Source: Puniceicoccales bacterium
GTDB taxonomy: Bacteria > Verrucomicrobiota > Verrucomicrobiia > Opitutales > JAIRKQ01
Length of the DNA stretch: 32,000 nt
NCBI GenBank assembly: GCA_031269795.1
Contig: JAISYR010000011.1
Coordinates: 1-32,000 of the forward strand
Reading direction: 5' to 3'
The position numbers were made by a program, and so were the translations under genes. Shown here piece by piece: positions 7,803 through 15,605 of this stretch. Under the pieces are notes generated by a model. That model searched no databases. It was not told where the DNA came from and saw nothing but the letters and a program-made list of their open reading frames with translations. The first letter of the stretch is position 1. The number at the start of each line of letters is the position of its first letter.

Positions 7803-9146
7803 TCATTTATTTTGTAAATTCAAACATAAAACTCCATTTTCAAAAAATTTTCCCCTGTCCGCGTAGTCTTTAAACCAGTCAAGGCTTGAAAACCCTGGAC
7901 TTAACAACACCACATCTCCATCCTCAGCTACGATGAAGGCATATTCGGCAATATGAGCCATTAGTTTTTCCAAATCGCCATCGTTTGGAAAGAACGCATA
8001 TGCCTCCAAGTTTTTGATTAAATTCGCCCCCATGGTTTGATATAAAATTTTACCCGTTTCCCCCATCAGCAATAGAGCCTTAATCCGTCCTGTGACGATC
8101 CTTTGAAATTTTTCAAGGGGCTCACCCTTCGATTTTCCACCGGCTATCAGGATAACTTTTTTATTGAACGATGCCAATGCAGCATTCAATGCATGAAAGT
8201 TGGTCGCCTTTGAATCGTTCCAAAATTCCACCTCTTTTTCTTTCCCTGTTTGGATATCACACCATTTGACTTTGGTAACCATTTGGAGGCGATGGGGAGG
8301 AATTTTAAATGTTAGGGCGGCCTCTTGTAGGCACCCAACAGGAAAGTCGTTGGAAGTCCAAAACTTTTGGACCAGTGCAAAATTTTCTTGCTGTGTTTTA
8401 ATATTTAGTGCCGACTTCGTGGGCAACAGGTCAAATTCCGAACAAACGGTATATTTGCCCAAAACGTCCATGATTTGTAAGTTTTTACAAAAATCATGCA
8501 CACTTCGCCCGACGAAGCAGTGCCTTTGAGGACCATTGGGCATCTTGACATTCCTAAGCAAGTTTGCTTTACAATTAAAGTACTCCCTCATCCCCACATG
8601 AATATCTAGGTGATCATCTGCGAAATTCGTCCACAGGACATAATCTGGTTTGAACAATGCTCCTCCATCCATTTGAAATGAGCTCACCTCTATAACAGCC
8701 CAGGTATCCTGTTCATTCATATCAGAATCTATTATTTCTATGAATGGTCTCCCCATATTTCCACCCATGATTGCTTTTTGGCCATGAGTTTGCAATGCAT
8801 GGACCACAAATTCTGTGGTCGTTGTTTTCCCATTTGTCCCCGTAATAGCTACAATTTTTCCATGCCAAAAGCGTGATGCTAGGTCTAATTCACCTACGCA
8901 ACGGCAGCCCACAGCCATTGCCAATTTTGTCCACCCGTGGGAAAGTGTAAAACTTGGACTTCTAACAATTAGACGGCACTTCTTCGCCTCCTCTTCCGAA
9001 AATTGTTCTTCCCGTAATCCCGATTCGTTAAAAACTTTGTATGAAATGCTCCGCTTTTCACAAAATCGTACCACTGCTTTCCCGGTCACCCCATACCCAA
9101 AAATACCGACCGTTCCTGGAGCATTAATGACATCCAGTGTATCCAT
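7803..9146 (-). CDS. murD: UDP-N-acetylmuramoylalanine--D-glutamate ligase MurD
   Basis: Motifs GIFGYGVTGKA, ITGTNGKTTT, PHRLQ and NDSKATN. The track start at 9158 is TTG. ATG at 9146 (MDTLDV…) is preferred and overlaps the mraY 3' end by about 23 nt. Confidence 0.93.
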   Translation of the reverse strand: MDTLDVINAPGTVGIFGYGVTGKAVVRFCEKRSISYKVFNESGLREEQFSEEEAKKCRLIVRSPSFTLSHGWTKLAMAVGCRCVGELDLASRFWHGKIVAITGTNGKTTTTEFVVHALQTHGQKAIMGGNMGRPFIEIIDSDMNEQDTWAVIEVSSFQMDGGALFKPDYVLWTNFADDHLDIHVGMREYFNCKANLLRNVKMPNGPQRHCFVGRSVHDFCKNLQIMDVLGKYTVCSEFDLLPTKSALNIKTQQENFALVQKFWTSNDFPVGCLQEAALTFKIPPHRLQMVTKVKWCDIQTGKEKEVEFWNDSKATNFHALNAALASFNKKVILIAGGKSKGEPLEKFQRIVTGRIKALLLMGETGKILYQTMGANLIKNLEAYAFFPNDGDLEKLMAHIAEYAFIVAEDGDVVLLSPGFSSLDWFKDYADRGKFFENGVLCLNLQNK

Positions 9147-10245
9147 AAAATATGACAAATAGTGTTATTAATATGCAAATCACCTGCAGACAAAACGCAG
9201 CTTTAACAATTTCACTTTCTAAAAACCCTTTTAATTCGAAGTGATGGTGTAGTGGGGCCATCAGGAACACTTTTTTCTTAAAAACCTTTTTCGAGGCTAT
9301 CTGTAGCATAACGGAGAGTGTTTCGATTACAAAAATTACCCCCACGGTCAGTAAAATAAACGGCAACCGTAACAAACAAGCAACTATGGCTAATAGTCCT
9401 CCAAGACCGATGGAACCTATGTCACCCATGAAAATGGAAGCTGGATGTATATTAAAAATGCCAAAGCCAAAACATCCTCCTGCAAAACATGCGCATAAAA
9501 CTGCCAATTCCGTGGAACCCGCAATATATGATAGCATTGTTTCCCTAGTAATGTTTATGTTGTTTGCATAGAAGGCACACACGGCAAGGGACACAAAGCA
9601 CAGAGCTATGTTTACAATGGCTAATCCATCAATTCCATCGGTTAAATTTACCGCATTACTCGTCCCTGAAATGACGCAAAAATAGAAAACAACTATTATC
9701 ACCATGGCAATCTGTGGATCAAAGTAGCCATGGAACCATTTCCAATGCACATGCATCAAAAGACTATTAATGGGTGGATTTTGAGATGCTACGTAGAAAA
9801 TAAAACCAGTTATTAGTGCCTGTACGCATAGCTTTTGCCCGGACGTTACCCCCTTCGAATTTCCTTTTATGATTTTCAAAATATCATCGGCTGCCCCCAG
9901 CAGGGAGCAAAAAAGATAAACCAACAGGGATGTAATGACCAAATCGTTGAAAGATGTCCAAATGGCAATAGCAACAAACGAAGCCAGTGCAATTATGATA
10001 CCCCCCATGGTGGGAACCCCCCTTTTGTGGTCATGCAAAATTGCCAAGTTCTTTACCTGTTGCTTGGTCCGAAAAACTTGACGCACCTGATGTTTTGAAA
10101 GTGTTCTTATTATGGGTTTGCCCACTACCAATGCCACGACGAAAGCAGTAACAAAACCCCACACACATCTTTCGTACAGGCTATATTGCTTTCCAAATAG
10201 CAGCGAAACAAGAGGATTGAAAGGCCTTATGTCCAAATCTAGCAT
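9124..10245 (-). CDS. mraY: phospho-N-acetylmuramoyl-pentapeptide transferase MraY
   Basis: 373-aa polytopic protein with MraY motifs (…GVPTMGG…, …NAVNLTDGIDGLA…, …FMGDIGSIGLGG…, …APLHHHFE…). Confidence 0.95.
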   Translation of the reverse strand: MLDLDIRPFNPLVSLLFGKQYSLYERCVWGFVTAFVVALVVGKPIIRTLSKHQVRQVFRTKQQVKNLAILHDHKRGVPTMGGIIIALASFVAIAIWTSFNDLVITSLLVYLFCSLLGAADDILKIIKGNSKGVTSGQKLCVQALITGFIFYVASQNPPINSLLMHVHWKWFHGYFDPQIAMVIIVVFYFCVISGTSNAVNLTDGIDGLAIVNIALCFVSLAVCAFYANNINITRETMLSYIAGSTELAVLCACFAGGCFGFGIFNIHPASIFMGDIGSIGLGGLLAIVACLLRLPFILLTVGVIFVIETLSVMLQIASKKVFKKKVFLMAPLHHHFELKGFLESEIVKAAFCLQVICILITLFVIFYGYTGCH

Positions 10246-10575
10246 ATTTTTCTTTTTTATCCAAAAAAATCTGGCCGGATTCCTATTAAAAACAAACCTT
10301 CTCGCAAGGTTTTTTTGGAATCAGTCGTAAAATCTTCATCCCTCTCCGGAAACAGCTAGGCAACCTTTCCACTTTTTCTGTTTTTCCCTCCTCTTTTCCT
10401 AATTTTCCTGGGAGTTTGGAAGATTCGTAAAATCCCCTATCCCATTAAATTTAACGGCAGTTGGAGCGATTATTTTATTCTTTTTAAAAATTTAAATAAG
10501 TTTCTTTTGACAAAATGCATCGATATTTTACACTAACATTCCACTTTGACAAACTTTTATATTAAAGGATAATGT

Positions 10576-12162
10576 ATGGATTCAGCAAGTTTAGTACCGT
10601 TTGACCCCTCTCAAAATCTTTCCCAAAGTAACCCGAGCGACCCTACGTTTTCGATTAGGACAGCGGGAGAAGGGACCAATGCGTCCATAGTAAGTCTACT
10701 TAAGGACATAGAAAGTAAAGTAACGACGGCTCTTAAATTTTTTGGAGTAGATACTCGATTTTTCCCAAAATTTGTTCAAAATCTAAGGGGTGCTGTAAGG
10801 CCTGCATGTATCACGGCTGTGTCCTGTTTTGTGGCACTTCATCTTTTCTCTACAATTGGAGTATGCTTCATTGGAGGCACGATTTTTTTTATAAATCTGG
10901 CCATATCGCGAGCCAAGCTAGAAATGATGAAAGAGGATTTGGAAGCGATTAAAAAAAATGCGGATGAAATAGAATTCACCAATCAACAGTTGGGGACACA
11001 AAATGATGAATTATCTAGGCTCAACCAAGAGCAAAAGACAACGCTAGACGAACAAAAAGAGACAATAGAGGGAGCACAGCAGAATTTGGAAACGGCCCAA
11101 CATGAACTTTCGGAGGCTCAAGCAAGTCTCGCCCAGGAACAACGACTTAAAGAGTTGCAAGAAAAACAATCGGAGGAACAAACACAATTAATTGCCCAGC
11201 AAGAGGCGCAACTCAAAGCACAAGAAACTTATATTGCCCAATGTCAAAACTGCCTTGTTTCGGTTTTTACGTCTCAACAAGACCTGATCCACAATTTAGA
11301 ACAAAGTCTAAAGACGCAAACGGCCACGGTCCAACGAATTTTACAAAATGTACAAGACATTGCGAGGGGAGAACAGAAGTTGACTGACGCATTGAGTTGG
11401 GCTCAGAGTCGAATAGCAGCAGCCCAAACCCAATTAGCAACGGTGATTAATATGAGTACGGATATGACGGATCCTGTGAAGTGTAAAGAGCTCATCGAAA
11501 ATGGTCAATTTGCAGAAAAGGCTCGAGCAATGCAACAGGCTGCCCAAGAAGCATATAACATAATGAACGAGCTAAACTCTGGACTTACAACAAAGATTTT
11601 AGATGCTCAAAATGCAATAGCAACCAGTAGACAACAGGCAGAAGCTCAACTTAAAGCGCTGACATCGCAACAGCAAGCAACAAGCCATTCTTTGGCGCAA
11701 GCCAATGCCCAAATTCAACAAAAGGAACTGCAAATTAAGCACCTCCAAACAGAGCATCAAAGGGCATTGGCGCAGATGGGAACAACCAACAAAACCAAAA
11801 TACAAGCCTTGGAAGCTAGTATTAAGAAAGAAAAACAATCTCTGACGACGCTAACCAAAGAGAAAGGTTCACTAGCCAAACGCTTGCAAGCGGTTGAAAC
11901 TCAACTCACAGAATTACAGGGAAAGGTTCAATCGTTGGCCTCGTCCAATGAAGCACTACAAACACAGTGTAGAAGGCAAGAACAAACCATAGCGGAACAA
12001 CGGGAAACTATTGATAGCCAAAGACAAGCATTGGTAACAGCCCAAGAAAACCTTAATCGTCTCCAAACTCAAGTACAAAGTACAGGTTGGCTCCAAACTG
12101 TTGCTACTGTTGCTGGTACAATGGCTGGTACAATGGCAGCTGGGGCAATTTTCCATCGTTGA
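10576..12162 (+). CDS. Inc-like membrane-anchored long coiled-coil protein (hypothetical)
   Basis: 528 aa. AAGGA lies 7 nt before the ATG. Residues 77-110, ACITAVSCFVALHLFSTIGVCFIGGTIFFINLAI, form a hydrophobic stretch with a central polar/Gly break. About 390 aa of Gln/Glu/Ala/Leu-rich heptad-like sequence follow. The C-terminal hydrophobic tail is WLQTVATVAGTMAGTMAAGAIF. Confidence 0.8.
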   Translation: MDSASLVPFDPSQNLSQSNPSDPTFSIRTAGEGTNASIVSLLKDIESKVTTALKFFGVDTRFFPKFVQNLRGAVRPACITAVSCFVALHLFSTIGVCFIGGTIFFINLAISRAKLEMMKEDLEAIKKNADEIEFTNQQLGTQNDELSRLNQEQKTTLDEQKETIEGAQQNLETAQHELSEAQASLAQEQRLKELQEKQSEEQTQLIAQQEAQLKAQETYIAQCQNCLVSVFTSQQDLIHNLEQSLKTQTATVQRILQNVQDIARGEQKLTDALSWAQSRIAAAQTQLATVINMSTDMTDPVKCKELIENGQFAEKARAMQQAAQEAYNIMNELNSGLTTKILDAQNAIATSRQQAEAQLKALTSQQQATSHSLAQANAQIQQKELQIKHLQTEHQRALAQMGTTNKTKIQALEASIKKEKQSLTTLTKEKGSLAKRLQAVETQLTELQGKVQSLASSNEALQTQCRRQEQTIAEQRETIDSQRQALVTAQENLNRLQTQVQSTGWLQTVATVAGTMAGTMAAGAIFHR

Positions 12163-12317
12163 TTCTATGGTATCAAGAATTACTCTATGGCACATGGGGA
12201 ATAATTCTGCAAGCTGACCCTGTGCCCAGATTGTTCAGTTTTCCAATGGTAAAAGTTACTTCCCTCCCCATACTGATTCCTTTATTCCCTCGGAACATCC
12301 GCAAAACACAAGCTTCA

Positions 12318-13454
12318 TCAGGTAGACGGTGCCATTAATGCTTTGATTCTGCTACGAAATTCTTGCCCATCTGGATCTGATTCGTCTACCGGAAAATCCC
12401 CAAAGCTTTGAATTTTTTCTTCCGTCGCGACGATTTTAAATTTAGTTCCCGCGTGTAGCAAGTATACAAGTTCAAAATGGCTCGTCGCTCCTTCTTGATT
12501 GTCCGTGGACAAATTTTTATCAGCCAATGCCTGGATAGCAGCATTGACGCGTGCACCAATGGTTGGTTTGTCAATGGGAGTATCGGAAATTGGACTATCT
12601 GGCCCATTGCTTGCTTCATAGGCCTGACGAAATACATGATAAGCATAAAGATTTTTTAAATCTCCATGATCATTTATCTTTGATAAAATCTTGGGTGACA
12701 CAACACCAAACAGCATAAATTGGTAATCAGGGCTGGGCCCCATGGAGTCAATTTGTCTCAAAATTTCTTTCCAAATATGATACGATGTAAATACTCCCTG
12801 GGCGGTAAATGTGTGACCGTACGCGCCTTCGGGAAATATGAATGCTATATCTCCTCCTTGGTAAGACACATATTGAATACGCCCTACAAAATCCATTCCC
12901 CATGTTGAGAATCCGAAGGATGGAACTGACCACAGTGTCCATCCAATTGCAGGCATGACATCGCCGCTTTGGTTTCTAGGGGTTAAAACATCTTCAGTAT
13001 ACCCCAACACAATGCTTCCCTGTGCATTGATGTAATTAAAAAGCGTGACTAAGGTGTTATGCTGTGGGCTACTAACATCTAATTGGCCTATAATATCGCC
13101 AATTTTTTCACCCAAGCCTTGCAATTCCGCATCAGGTAATTTGCCATCTAATAGCCGGTTGATCTGATTCAACGTATCTCGATCAAACGTAGCCCATCTC
13201 GTGGAGATCTCGCCCAATGATGCCCGCCTCTTTGAGGCTCGATAATTTGCGATACGTTCCCTTAATACCTGTCTCGACCGACTTGATCTCCTTGAGACAA
13301 GTGGCATATACTGTGTAAGTAACCTACGAAGAATAGTGTTGGCATATGTTTGTTGATACCAATCAAACCTCGGTTTCTCAGATCTTAGATCCACAAAACT
13401 TCGTACAGCCATCGCCCCTCTATGACTGCTATCAATGAACGTTCTGCCGTCCAT
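12318..13454 (-). CDS. hypothetical protein, paralog B of the tandem family
   Basis: The track start at 13490 is TTG. ATG at 13454 (MDGRTFIDSSHRGAMAVRS) aligns with the paralog A N-terminus (MSKEIFIDRSRAAAMALRR). The core is shared with A: …NRLLDG.LPD.ELQGLG…YINAQGSIVLGY.EDVLTP…LWSVP.FGF..WGMDF…YVS.QGGDI.FI.PEG.YGHTFTAQGVFTSYHIWKEILRQIDSM…SHFEL.YLLHAGTKFKIVATEEKIQSF.DFPVDESDPDGQE. Confidence 0.8.
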   Translation of the reverse strand: MDGRTFIDSSHRGAMAVRSFVDLRSEKPRFDWYQQTYANTILRRLLTQYMPLVSRRSSRSRQVLRERIANYRASKRRASLGEISTRWATFDRDTLNQINRLLDGKLPDAELQGLGEKIGDIIGQLDVSSPQHNTLVTLFNYINAQGSIVLGYTEDVLTPRNQSGDVMPAIGWTLWSVPSFGFSTWGMDFVGRIQYVSYQGGDIAFIFPEGAYGHTFTAQGVFTSYHIWKEILRQIDSMGPSPDYQFMLFGVVSPKILSKINDHGDLKNLYAYHVFRQAYEASNGPDSPISDTPIDKPTIGARVNAAIQALADKNLSTDNQEGATSHFELVYLLHAGTKFKIVATEEKIQSFGDFPVDESDPDGQEFRSRIKALMAPST

Positions 13455-13617
13455 GTTGCAGAAATGTAGAAAAATTTTTTCATCTGTCAAAAAGAAGTAA
13501 AATTTTTCACAAAAAGAAATTATCTACGTAGGAACAAACACATAAACGGGGAATATAGATATTATCTCCTATAGGCGAAGATAAGACTAAGCTCAATCCC
13601 AAAACTATCTACGAAAA
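12318..13617 (-). repeat. tandem duplication unit, copy B (gene plus conserved leader)
   Basis: Blocks matching copy A by eye. 12358-12482 vs 14224-14347: about 4 mismatches in about 125 nt. 12740-12822 vs 14617-14699: identical, 83 nt. 12823-13190 vs 14700-15060: roughly 80-85%. Leader 13543-13617 vs 15420-15504, including the identical 17-mer ggaatatagatattatc. Segments 12483-12739 and 13200-13454 are far more diverged. Confidence 0.85.
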
Positions 13618-13664
13618 TAAATCTGACCCTATTCCTAGATTTTTCAATTTTCCAGTAGAGAGAA

Positions 13665-14132
13665 TTACTTCTTCCGTAATGCTGACTCCTTGATTTCTTC
13701 GAGGCATCCGTCAAATACAAGCCTCGTAAGTCGTATGATTTGCGGCACTTCTTTCCAGTGATTGTAGTCATCATATACAAGTACTGCACTTTGCTCCTTC
13801 AAATTATTCCCATAAAACTTACAGAGAATCATTCTTTCGACTTGGGAGGAATGTTCATCGACTAACCCTAGCAAACTTTCCGCAAACAGCGGATCAAATA
13901 GTTGTTCCTGCATTGCTTCATTGAATTTCCAAAAATACTCTTCGTCGGTTTGGCCAATTAGCATGTTGGGTTTGTGATCCACAAAGTCATAGTAAGTATA
14001 GGTATATGCTCCCCTATCGGAAATATCAATTTCGCATATCACCTCTATCTTCCCCTTGGATAACCCTTCCTTTGCGTCATCTACCAATTGCACAGATTCA
14101 TGCCTATAACTGATTCTTACTGGATTATTCAT
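13665..14132 (-). CDS. small acidic hypothetical protein, co-oriented partner of paralog A
   Basis: 155 aa. ATG lies 50 nt after the paralog A stop, preceded on the minus strand by AAGGAAATAAGGGTACG. By hand count it has about 28 Asp/Glu vs about 18 Lys/Arg. No family recognised. Confidence 0.7.
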   Translation of the reverse strand: MNNPVRISYRHESVQLVDDAKEGLSKGKIEVICEIDISDRGAYTYTYYDFVDHKPNMLIGQTDEEYFWKFNEAMQEQLFDPLFAESLLGLVDEHSSQVERMILCKFYGNNLKEQSAVLVYDDYNHWKEVPQIIRLTRLVFDGCLEEIKESALRKK

Positions 14133-14182
14133 CGTACCCTTATTTCCTTAAAAATAAAAAAAACAGAACCACTGGCAAGTCA

Positions 14183-15346
14183 TCAAGTAGACGGCGCCGC
14201 TGATTTTCTAATTCTGTCACGACATTCTTGCCCGTCGGGATCTGATTCGTCTACCGGAAAATCCCTAAAGCTTTGAATTTTTTCTTCCGTCGCGACGATT
14301 TTAAATTTAGTTCCCGCGTGTAGCAAGTATGCAAGTTCAAAATGGCTTACCTCTCCCTTGTTCCCGCTCCTGAAAATTATTTTGCAGCCATGCTCTTTCC
14401 ATGCTTCGATAGCACTTCGAACGCGTGCACCAATGGTCGATTTGTCAATGGGAGTGGTGGCAATTAAACTGCCTCGCCTATTGTATGACGCATAAACTAA
14501 ACAAAATATATGATAGGCATAAAGAATTCTAAGATCCTCCTTTTTGCTGCACGATAAAAATTTTGATCCTATCAAAGAATCCAATTCACACATATTTCGA
14601 TAATTGGGCTGGGGATCCATGGAGTCAATTTGTCTCAAAATTTCTTTCCAAATATGATACGATGTAAATACTCCCTGGGCGGTAAATGTGTGACCGTACT
14701 TGCCTTCGGGAAGTATGAATGTTATATCTCCTCCTTGGGAAGACACATACTCAAGACGTTTTCTAAAATCCATTCCCCATGATTCGAATCCGAAGACTGG
14801 AACTGACCATAGTGGGCACCCAATTGCAGGTATGACATCACCGCCTGGAATTTTAGGAGTCAAAACATCTTCCTTGTATCCCAATACGATGCTTCCCTGG
14901 GCATTGATGTAATTTAAAAGTTCAATAAGAGCATTACGCTGTGGGCAACTAACGCTTAACTGACCTATAATATTGGCAATTTTTTTACCCAAGCCTTGCA
15001 ATTCCGTATCGGGTAATCCGCCATCTAATAGCCGGTTGACCTGATCCTTTGTATCTTGATCTAAACATGCCAGCTTCAGCCTCTTTGAAAATTTGCCACA
15101 AGAGGCCGATCTTCTTAAACCCAGGCCTGAAGTTTGTCCCACTATTGGTGTGCTTGGTTCATGCTCCTGACTCAATTTCCGTGTACCAAGTGCCCTCCGT
15201 CGGCTAAGTACCCCACATTCTTCGAGAGACGGATAAAGAGTGTTGAAACTATAGCTGTATTGGCAACGCGAATCAGCCTGATCCATAATTCTTCTTAGAG
15301 CCATCGCTGCTGCACGACTTCTATCAATAAAAATTTCTTTGCTCAT
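14183..15346 (-). CDS. hypothetical protein, paralog A of the tandem family
   Basis: 387 aa with an ATG start. See paralog B for the shared core. The N-terminal ~100 aa are Arg/Ser-rich and diverged from B. Confidence 0.8.
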   Translation of the reverse strand: MSKEIFIDRSRAAAMALRRIMDQADSRCQYSYSFNTLYPSLEECGVLSRRRALGTRKLSQEHEPSTPIVGQTSGLGLRRSASCGKFSKRLKLACLDQDTKDQVNRLLDGGLPDTELQGLGKKIANIIGQLSVSCPQRNALIELLNYINAQGSIVLGYKEDVLTPKIPGGDVIPAIGCPLWSVPVFGFESWGMDFRKRLEYVSSQGGDITFILPEGKYGHTFTAQGVFTSYHIWKEILRQIDSMDPQPNYRNMCELDSLIGSKFLSCSKKEDLRILYAYHIFCLVYASYNRRGSLIATTPIDKSTIGARVRSAIEAWKEHGCKIIFRSGNKGEVSHFELAYLLHAGTKFKIVATEEKIQSFRDFPVDESDPDGQECRDRIRKSAAPST

Positions 15347-15504
15347 ATTACATGAACATGTGGTGAAATTTTTCGCCTGTCAAGGGAAAAAGTAAAACTA
15401 TTTACATAATTACAAATATATAAACATGGAATATAGATATTATCGTCAACAGGCGAAGATAAGGCCAGGCTCAACCCGTACAACTTCAAAACTATCTACG
15501 AAAA
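14183..15504 (-). repeat. tandem duplication unit, copy A (gene plus conserved leader)
   Basis: See the copy B entry for block coordinates. Confidence 0.85.
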
Positions 15505-15605
15505 CGCTAACATGGTGCTTGCTCGTTCTTCCTGCCCTTGAGAATTGCCACCATGTGGGGCAATGCAGTTTCAGTATGCCATAATTCTTCCAACAAATAT
15601 TTTAC

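Noticed and set aside
12318-15346. ADP-ribosyltransferase assignment for the paralog family, based on the C-terminal SHFEL.YLLHAGTKFKIV resembling the ExE-hhh-xx-G-[ST]-x-[FY]-x-[IV] ARTT region
   Set aside because: The spacing is off by two residues and the position two residues before the Glu is His, not Glu/Gln. I cannot find a convincing upstream aromatic-Arg motif or an S-T-S motif (only FTSY). It is worth a profile or structure search but is not supportable from sequence alone.
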